From the NCBI GenBank assembly GCA_049969855.1, contig JBMFOB010000001.1, positions 1 through 64,000 on the forward strand: a stretch of 64,000 bases of DNA. Reading direction: 5' to 3'. Every line of letters starts with the position of its first letter. Position 1 is the first letter of the stretch. The stretch comes from Candidatus Bathyarchaeia archaeon. GTDB taxonomy: Archaea > Thermoproteota > Bathyarchaeia > Bathyarchaeales > Bathycorpusculaceae. The notes beneath the pieces were generated by a model. It was not told where the DNA came from. It saw nothing but the letters and a program-made list of their open reading frames with translations, and did no database searches. A program made the position numbers and the translations under genes. This document shows positions 57,425 through 64,000 of the stretch, in pieces.

Positions 57425-58351
57425 ATGGCTGTAAGTAAGCTAAATCGAGTCCCAGTTCGTCAGGTTTGGAAAAATGAAGAAAAAGACTTTACGCCATGGC
57501 TTGCGAAGAATATTGAAATTCTAGGAGAAACTCTTGGAATGCCACTTTCCGTCGTGGAGAAGGAAACTGATGTAGGTGAATCTTTTGAGGCAGATATTCT
57601 TGCGGAAGGTAAGGATGGCATACCAGTGGTAATTGAAAATCAATTTGGGAAGACAGACCATGATCACTTAGGAAAACTAATTACATACTCCACAAACTTG
57701 GAGGCTAAAATAGCTATATGGATATGCGAAAATCCTCAACCAGAGCATGTAGCAGCAATTGATTGGTTAAACAAGAACACTTCAGGCGATATATCCTTTT
57801 ACTTAATCAAACTCGAAGCTTTCCAAATTAATGGTTCTCCGGTGGCACCACATTTTTCTATAATCTCTGAACCAAGCAAAGTAATAAGAGAAGCCGGCGA
57901 AATGAAAGAAGAGCTTGCAGAAAGACATATCAAAAGACTTGAGTTTTGGAGACAACTTTTAGAAAAAAGCAGTCTGGACATCTTCTCAAACGTGTCGCCC
58001 AGCAAGGATCACTGGATAGCAGCAGGCGCTGGTAAAAGCGGGCTCTCATACAATTATGTTATATTAATGAATTCTGCGAGGGTCGAGTTCTACATAAGTA
58101 CACCGGATGCTGCAAAGAATAAGAAAATATTTGACGAGCTGTATAAAAGAAGACAAGAGATTGAAAAAGACTTTGGTGAAGAGTTGGAATGGCAACGTCT
58201 CGATGACAAAACAGCGTCTCGTGTAGCAAAAACAGTTTCGCAAAAAGGATTGATGAATGTGGAGGAGTGGTCAGATATTCAAAGCAAAATGATTGACGCT
58301 ATGCGTAGACTTGAAAAAGCAATAAGCAAGCACATAAAAACAATAGGTTAG
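57425..58351 (+). CDS. NucS-like PD-(D/E)xK nuclease + DUF4268 domain protein (cassette 2)
   Basis: E.DFTPWL, ADILA, VIENQ...TDHDHLGK..TY; C-terminal IE..FG.ELEW.RL..K.ASR. Confidence 0.82.
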   Translation: MAVSKLNRVPVRQVWKNEEKDFTPWLAKNIEILGETLGMPLSVVEKETDVGESFEADILAEGKDGIPVVIENQFGKTDHDHLGKLITYSTNLEAKIAIWICENPQPEHVAAIDWLNKNTSGDISFYLIKLEAFQINGSPVAPHFSIISEPSKVIREAGEMKEELAERHIKRLEFWRQLLEKSSLDIFSNVSPSKDHWIAAGAGKSGLSYNYVILMNSARVEFYISTPDAAKNKKIFDELYKRRQEIEKDFGEELEWQRLDDKTASRVAKTVSQKGLMNVEEWSDIQSKMIDAMRRLEKAISKHIKTIG

Positions 58352-58399
58352 GAACAGAAAAATAGAAAACCCATGAATAATAATATTAAACAATTAGAG

Positions 58400-58488
58400 T
58401 TTCAAACCCCGCAATGCTCAGAGATATTTTACTGGTAATTTCGTGCGCCGTTCCCGCCCGGAGCACTCCAAATTTAGGTTTATTTTAA
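58400..58488 (+). repeat. Junction repeat copy 2 (right arm + perfect 22-bp core + left arm)
   Basis: TTTACTGGTAATTTCGTGCGCCGT-TCCCGCCCGGAGCACTCCAAAT-TTAGGTTTATTTTA. Confidence 0.9.
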
Positions 58489-58531
58489 GCAGGTTTAGTG
58501 GCGAAATCCTCATTTGATTTAGAATTGGATA

Positions 58532-58783
58532 TTAGTAGACACGTTTGCGATGGCCCACAACTAACAAAAATACTTCATTTTTCTTAACTTGATAAAGAAC
58601 TCGGTAATCCCCTATTCTTAAAGAGTAAACGCCTTTCCATTCGCCGCGTAAAGGCTTTCCTACGTAAGGGTTAGTCTTTAATATTTTGATCTCTTGAAGT
58701 ATCCGTACTTGAATTTTTCTGTCTAAAGCTTCAATGTTCTTTAAGAAACGCGGCGTAAACCGAACTTCAAATTTCGCCTTCAA
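58532..58783 (-). CDS. RelE/ParE-family toxin (cassette 3)
   Basis: F.K....L...NPY.GKPLRG...G.YSLRIGDYRVLY....VGHRK.VY. Confidence 0.92.
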   Translation of the reverse strand: MKAKFEVRFTPRFLKNIEALDRKIQVRILQEIKILKTNPYVGKPLRGEWKGVYSLRIGDYRVLYQVKKNEVFLLVVGHRKRVY

Positions 58784-58976
58784 GGTTTAACTCTCTTACA
58801 AGCTCATCCAATGGTTTAGCCTTGCCCTCTTCAACCTCTCTTAAGGCAATCTTCAAATCTTTGACAAGTTTCTTGTCTTGCAGGACTTCAAGAGTTTCTA
58901 ATAGCTCATCCATTAAACTGGCAGCTTTTGTTAGCAGTTCTTTCTCTTCCGCTGTTAAAAGAGGCATACCTCTCAC
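58767..58976 (-). CDS. Antitoxin of RelE pair (cassette 3)
   Basis: Acidic 69 aa, ELLETLEVL.D..L...L..A..EV.EG; overlaps toxin gene upstream. Confidence 0.8.
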   Translation of the reverse strand: MRGMPLLTAEEKELLTKAASLMDELLETLEVLQDKKLVKDLKIALREVEEGKAKPLDELVRELNLEGEI

Positions 58977-59045
58977 AAACCTTCAGAATATAAAATCTCC
59001 GCAGACATTTTAACTCTTACTCTTAAAATCGGATTAGCAAATGTG

Positions 59046-59086
59046 TTTACTGGTAATTTTGTGCGTCGTTTCCGTCCTGGGCACTC
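59046..59086 (+). repeat. Outermost junction repeat copy 3 (right arm + decayed core; attR-like)
   Basis: 35/41 identical to 58428-58468; similarity stops after GCACTC, 5 nt before the thrC stop codon. Confidence 0.85.
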
Positions 59087-59091
59087 TGCTT

Positions 59092-60297
59092 TTATAGTAA
59101 TGTGCTTGCATTTTTTGCCAGCACGGGTATTTCGTTCTTTTTTATATTTATAAGATCAAGGTATTTCATAGCATTACCGGTTAAATACAAAAGCACACTT
59201 TCATTCTTATCAATTGCACCGTCGTTTCCAAGTTTGTTTAATGCTGGGAGGGGTGCGGAGGCTTCTGGACATGCATATATGCCGTTCTTGAGAAAAATTT
59301 TCATCGCGTTGATTATTTCTGTGTCATCTACTGCTACTGCCATGCCCTTCGTTTCCCTTATCGCCCGCAATACAAGATAGCTTGCGTAGGGACGGGGAAC
59401 CCTTAAACCCGCAGCTATAGTTTCAGCGTTTTCCCAAGCTTCTTTCACTTCCGCCTCTCCACTATTATATGCCTTGACTAATGGGGCACAACCAGAAGAT
59501 TGAACTATTATTAGGCGTGGAATCTTTTCCGTCCAGCCGAGCTCAATTAAATCTTTGAAACCTTTCCATAAACCTATGATTCCTTCGCCTCCGCCTGTCG
59601 GGAAAATTATGTTGTCTGGCAGATTCCAATTGAATTGTTCTGCGATTTCAAATGCCATGGCTTTGTAACCTTCGTATCTATATGGTTGCTTGTTAGTTGA
59701 AACGTCCAGCCATCCGTAATCTTTTCCAAATTTTTTCACCATTTCTGCGGCGTCATTTATCAAACCGTCAACAAGGTATACCTTGGCGCCCATGGAAATG
59801 CATTCTTTAATATTGCTTTCCGGCACATCTTTCGGCATAAAAACATAAACTTCCATTCCAGCCTTCGCTCCATAAGCAGCCAAAGCTGCAGCAGCATTTC
59901 CAGCAGACGGAAGGGCAACACGGTTTATGTTTAACTCTTTAAGTTTGGAAACTGCCACAGCCATACCTCTGGCTTTAAAGGTTCCAGTTGGAAGCCGCCC
60001 ATCATCCTTCAAAAACACGTTTGAAACTGCACTGTTATCTTTCCGAAATTGGAGTATAGGCGTATAGGGTTCTCCCAAAGAAACTATATTATCAGGCGAT
60101 GACAGCGGAAGTAATTCTTTGAACTTCCAAAACGTATCTGCTCTATTCTCTAAATCACGTTTAGAAATCTTCTTGGCAATTCTTGATAAATCATATTGGA
60201 ACAGAAGTGCTCCGCCACATTTTGGGCATATTGTTAAAATGTTGTCTGATGGGAAAACTTTTCCACATCTGCTACATTCAGCCCCAAGTATGAACAT
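59092..60297 (-). CDS. thrC: Threonine synthase-family PLP enzyme
   Basis: N-terminal Zn ribbon, PTGTFKARG, SAGNAA, PTGGG, CPEAS, LTGN. Confidence 0.87.
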   Translation of the reverse strand: MFILGAECSRCGKVFPSDNILTICPKCGGALLFQYDLSRIAKKISKRDLENRADTFWKFKELLPLSSPDNIVSLGEPYTPILQFRKDNSAVSNVFLKDDGRLPTGTFKARGMAVAVSKLKELNINRVALPSAGNAAAALAAYGAKAGMEVYVFMPKDVPESNIKECISMGAKVYLVDGLINDAAEMVKKFGKDYGWLDVSTNKQPYRYEGYKAMAFEIAEQFNWNLPDNIIFPTGGGEGIIGLWKGFKDLIELGWTEKIPRLIIVQSSGCAPLVKAYNSGEAEVKEAWENAETIAAGLRVPRPYASYLVLRAIRETKGMAVAVDDTEIINAMKIFLKNGIYACPEASAPLPALNKLGNDGAIDKNESVLLYLTGNAMKYLDLINIKKNEIPVLAKNASTLL

Positions 60298-60436
60298 GTA
60301 TTCTCCCAGTTAATTGTAGAAGAGAAATCCTTTAAGTTTACTGTGAAAAAACGCTTGAACGCTGTGCATATTACATAAGACTCATATAGAAGGTTGTTTT
60401 ATTCGATAAATCTTCAAATCTTTAAAGTGATGAAAA

Positions 60437-61972
60437 ATGATGGAAAAAACGCCATCAAGCTATAAGAAACTAATGGAAAAAGTTAAGGATTTGTTAACTT
60501 TTCAATCAGCCACTGCCATCATCCACTGGGATATGGAGACAATGATGCCGCCGAAGGCTATTGGTCTACGAAGCCAACAATTAGCCCTCCTCAGCCGAAT
60601 TGAACACAGAATGAGCACAGACCCAGAAATAGGTAGATTATTGGAAGAAATCATGCGACCGTCAGAATATGAAAAACTTGACGCTGTCCAAAAGAGAAAT
60701 GTTTACTTGATAAAGAAACAATATGATGAACAGACAAAACTTCCAGAAGAACTTGTTGCAGAAATTGCAAAACAACAAGCCATAACCGTGGACGTATGGA
60801 AAAAAGCCAAAGCAGCAAAAAACTTCTCCATGTTCAAGCCTGAACTTGAAAAACTTGTCGAATTAGAGAAGAAAGCCGCAGAAATTCTGATGAAAGTGAA
60901 AGAAACAGCTACGCCATATGATGCATTAATAGACATTTTTGAACCAAAAATGACAGCCAAAACAATCACGAAAGTTTTCAACGAGCTAAGAGAAGGCTTA
61001 GTTTCATTACTGAAGAAATGTGAAACCGCTCCAAAACAGCCAGACGTAAGCATTCTCAAACGCAAAGTTCCAATAGATGTGCAAAGAAAAATCTCCAAAG
61101 CCCTCGCCGAAACTGTCGGTTACGATATAGAGTCAAGAGAGGCTGGAGGCAGAATAGACGAGACGGAACATCCCTTCACGACAGGTTATTATGACGACGT
61201 GCGAATTACAACACATTATTATGAAGATAACTTCACTTCTTCAATGTTTTCAGTATTACATGAAGCTGGACACGCCCTCTATGAACAAAACTTGAAAAAA
61301 GAATGGATGTTTCAACCTGTTGGAACAAGCTGCTCTTCTGGATTCCACGAATCCCAATCACGTTTTATAGAAAACATAATTGGACGGTCTCGTGAATTTT
61401 GGGTTTATTTCCTACCAAAATTAAAACAAATCACAGGCACCATCCTCTCTGATGTAGATTTAGACACTTTTGTCCACGCCGTCAACCAAGTTAAGCCTTC
61501 TAATATTCGCGTCGAAGCTGATGAGGTAACGTATGGACTCCACATTATCATAAGATTCGCCATGGAACGGGACCTTTTCGCTGATAAAACAATGGTGAAA
61601 GAGCTTCCAGAGATATGGAATCAAAGCTATGAGGAATATTTAGGAGTTAAAATTGAAAATGACTCGGAAGGCGTAATGCAAGACACCCATTGGGCAAGCG
61701 GCTTATACGGTTATTTCCCAAGCTACGCTTTAGGCAATATTTATAGTGGACAAATTCTCGCCGCCATGGAAAAAGACCTCAAAAACTGGAGAAAACAAAT
61801 TGCGAAAGGAAACTTGAAAGAAGTTAAGAGGTGGCTTGTAGAAAATGTTCACGCATATGGAAACCTCTATGACCCAGAAGACCTCATAAGAAAAATCACT
61901 GGAACAGAGCTTAACGTTAAACCATACCTAAACTATTTGAACGAAAAATATTCCAAACTCTACGGTTTTTAA
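60437..61972 (+). CDS. Carboxypeptidase M32 (Taq/Pfu type)
   Basis: HPF, DVRITT, HEAGHALYEQ, HESQS, IRVEADE, QD.HW, YFPSY.LG. Confidence 0.95.
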   Translation: MMEKTPSSYKKLMEKVKDLLTFQSATAIIHWDMETMMPPKAIGLRSQQLALLSRIEHRMSTDPEIGRLLEEIMRPSEYEKLDAVQKRNVYLIKKQYDEQTKLPEELVAEIAKQQAITVDVWKKAKAAKNFSMFKPELEKLVELEKKAAEILMKVKETATPYDALIDIFEPKMTAKTITKVFNELREGLVSLLKKCETAPKQPDVSILKRKVPIDVQRKISKALAETVGYDIESREAGGRIDETEHPFTTGYYDDVRITTHYYEDNFTSSMFSVLHEAGHALYEQNLKKEWMFQPVGTSCSSGFHESQSRFIENIIGRSREFWVYFLPKLKQITGTILSDVDLDTFVHAVNQVKPSNIRVEADEVTYGLHIIIRFAMERDLFADKTMVKELPEIWNQSYEEYLGVKIENDSEGVMQDTHWASGLYGYFPSYALGNIYSGQILAAMEKDLKNWRKQIAKGNLKEVKRWLVENVHAYGNLYDPEDLIRKITGTELNVKPYLNYLNEKYSKLYGF

Positions 61973-62152
61973 TCAATTCTTTCTTTTTATTATGCTTTCA
62001 TAAACTTTTAGGACTATCTCTGCAAGAATCCCGCCAAAAATAAAAAACACGCCAGTCCAACCAATCGTAGCATTATAATAATTGCTTCCATACAAAAACA
62101 AAATGATGCCCACTATAATTATGCATAGACATGCGAAATCTTCCCACGACAC
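61973..62152 (-). CDS. Small 2-TM membrane protein (59 aa; below the ORF-track cutoff)
   Basis: GTG start at 62152: MSWEDFACLCIIIVGIILFLYGSNYYNATIGWTGVFFIFGGILAEIVLKVYESIIKRKN*; fills the intergenic gap. Confidence 0.6.
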   Translation of the reverse strand: MSWEDFACLCIIIVGIILFLYGSNYYNATIGWTGVFFIFGGILAEIVLKVYESIIKRKN

Positions 62153-62377
62153 CTAAACAACTCCTAAGCTGATTTTAAGCCTTTTAAAACGTCAAAGTAT
62201 ATAGACTTACCGATAAAAAGAGGGAAAATTGGAAGTTCGTAAATTATTGAATGTCTAACTCAAAAGAACAAAAATATTACCAGCGCATTGATGGTGAAGA
62301 GGGGACGTGAAACTTCCGACAATATTCGACATCCAACATAAGCGTACAATCCGTTGAAGCGTGTTTACATGATTTAT

Positions 62378-62441
62378 TACCGACAGTTTTATATACAACT
62401 TTCAAAAGATATGCCTGTACGGTGAATTTAAAGTGTCGGAA
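62378..62441 (+). promoter_or_regulatory. Putative TATA box (TTTTATATA, 62387-62395) flanked by CCGACA motifs upstream of fae-hps
   Basis: TACCGACA directly before the TATA box; inverted TGTCGGAA over the start codon. Confidence 0.45.
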
Positions 62442-63890
62442 TATAATTTCAAAAAGCCAGAAACAAGGGAAGAACTTATCAGAGTGTTGACGGATGCTGC
62501 GAGAAGAGAAGTAGAAGCGCGCATCCGCGTAAAGGGAAAACCGACAAAACCTACAGTTTCTGGGACGGCTAAAATTTTGAACATACACAGAGATACGCTT
62601 TACACGTGGCTTAAAGAGTTTAATGTCGATTTTGACGATGTTTGTAAACAACATTCTATGACAGCTCTGTCGGAGACCGCTGAAATGCCTGGAAAATACA
62701 CCTACTTAATTGGCGAAGCCCTTGTCGGAGAAGGCAACGAGGTAGCGCATATCGACCTTTTAATAGGAGATAAGGATGGGCCTGTCGGAGAGGCTTTTGC
62801 GTCAGGCTTGTCTAACCTTTCTGTGGGACATACGCCACTGTTGGCTGTTATAAGGCCGAATCTTCCGCCTAAACCTCACACCTTGCTTGTTCCAAAGGTT
62901 ACGGTTAAACATCTTGAGGATGCAAACAAGATTTTTGGACCCGCACAGGCTGCTGTTGCGAAGGCTGTTGCGGATGCTGTTGAGGAGGGAATAATCCCAA
63001 AAGAGAAGGTGGATGATTGGGTTATAGTTTGCAGTGTTTTTGTGCATCCACAAGCAAGTGATTACCGAAGAATATACCATTACAATTATGGGGCAACCAA
63101 ACTGGCTTTAAAGAGAGCGTTAGCAAAGTATCCGTCACTAGAGAAAGTTTTCTATGACAAAGACAGGGCGAAACATCCAATAATGGGTTTCAGAGTGCCG
63201 AGGCTTTGGAGACCACCATATTTGCAAATATCCTTGGATATACCTGATTTGGATAGAACCAAGAAGATTATAGCTCAAATTCCAAGAAGCGACAGAATAA
63301 TATTGGAGGCTGGAACGCCGCTTATTAAAAGGTATGGAACAAAAGTGATAAGCGACCTTCGAGAAATTGCTAAGGACACATTCGTAATTGCAGACTTGAA
63401 AACCTTAGATGTTGGAAAAGTTGAAGTCGACTTGGCTTATGACGAAACCGCAGACGCAGTGATAGCTGCCGGATTGGCACCCGAAGAGACACTTGACTCT
63501 TTCATCCACGAAGCAAAAAGATTCGGAATATACGCTGCGGTTGACATGTTAAACGTGGAAGACCCCATCAAAAAACTCAAGGCGCTTAAAGAATTTCCCG
63601 ACATAGTCATCATACATAGGGGAATAGACCAAGAAACCGGAATGACCGTCGGATTGAACCGTATAGAAGAACTACGGAAAACATTTAGTGATAAACGATT
63701 CTTAATTGCTGTGGCTGGAGGAATAGTGCCGGAAACCGCAAAGGAAGCCTTGGAAAAGGGCGCAGACATAATAGTTGTCGGAAGATACGTAACCCAATCA
63801 AAGGATATTGAAAGGGCTGTTAGAGACTTTCTTGAGTTAACACCTTCCATGCGGGAAGATGTAGACTTGTTCAGAGTTCATGTAGAGTAG
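62433..63890 (+). CDS. fae-hps: Bifunctional formaldehyde-activating enzyme / 3-hexulose-6-phosphate synthase with N-terminal HTH
   Basis: [39 protein letters not shown] (Fae); [31 protein letters not shown] (Hps). Confidence 0.93.
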   Translation: MSEYNFKKPETREELIRVLTDAARREVEARIRVKGKPTKPTVSGTAKILNIHRDTLYTWLKEFNVDFDDVCKQHSMTALSETAEMPGKYTYLIGEALVGEGNEVAHIDLLIGDKDGPVGEAFASGLSNLSVGHTPLLAVIRPNLPPKPHTLLVPKVTVKHLEDANKIFGPAQAAVAKAVADAVEEGIIPKEKVDDWVIVCSVFVHPQASDYRRIYHYNYGATKLALKRALAKYPSLEKVFYDKDRAKHPIMGFRVPRLWRPPYLQISLDIPDLDRTKKIIAQIPRSDRIILEAGTPLIKRYGTKVISDLREIAKDTFVIADLKTLDVGKVEVDLAYDETADAVIAAGLAPEETLDSFIHEAKRFGIYAAVDMLNVEDPIKKLKALKEFPDIVIIHRGIDQETGMTVGLNRIEELRKTFSDKRFLIAVAGGIVPETAKEALEKGADIIVVGRYVTQSKDIERAVRDFLELTPSMREDVDLFRVHVE

Positions 63891-64000
63891 CCTTTTCTTT
63901 CCCTTTTTACGCGAACACTTTGAAAGCTATATATGAGAGAAGAAAAAGTATACCGGAAATCAAAAATACGAATCCGAAATTGTAAGTCTGGGCAAGAAAA

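Larger units (their letters stand above)
55534..59086. mobile_element. Tandem array of three integrase-less cassettes at the tRNA-Glu 3' end
   Basis: tRNA 3'-end sequence repeated at ~57284, 58452 and ~59070 with shared flanking arms; accessory cargo between copies. Confidence 0.75.

Noticed and set aside
55534-59086. Interpretation of the tRNA-Glu repeats as a CRISPR array or a complete provirus
   Set aside because: Intervals are 0.6-1.75 kb and contain genes; no integrase, capsid or replication genes are present

Overview
A 64-kb archaeal chromosomal segment, most likely from a Bathyarchaeia/TACK-type genome. This is an inference from Hel308, TIP49, class I LysRS, FBP aldolase/phosphatase, AcnX mevalonate genes, Fae-Hps and intron-containing tRNAs. 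Most of the window is housekeeping: a dTDP-sugar (rml) cluster, Fe-S assembly genes, purB, argS, lysS, deoC, tmk, thrC, two deoxyhypusine-synthase paralogs and two HDAC-family genes. It also carries three tRNAs: Arg-CCG with two BHB introns, Arg-GCG and Glu-TTC. The most notable structure is at about 55.5-59.1 kb. The 3' end of tRNA-Glu recurs three more times, each copy embedded in conserved left- and right-arm sequences. These copies divide the region into three small integrase-less cassettes (about 1.75, 1.17 and 0.62 kb) carrying a wHTH plus putative RNase H-fold protein, a NucS/DUF4268 nuclease and a RelE toxin-antitoxin pair. The result looks like an integron-like, tRNA-anchored array of defence-type cassettes. 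Other points of interest are a ribophorin I-like protein, an SPFH/Zn-ribbon (ydjGI/Psp-like) operon, an HTH-fused Fae-Hps with a repeated CCGACA motif around its own promoter, a split RLAN/ATP-grasp plus GCS2 ligase cluster, and several enzymes with altered catalytic motifs. All family assignments come from motif recognition by eye; no database searches were run.
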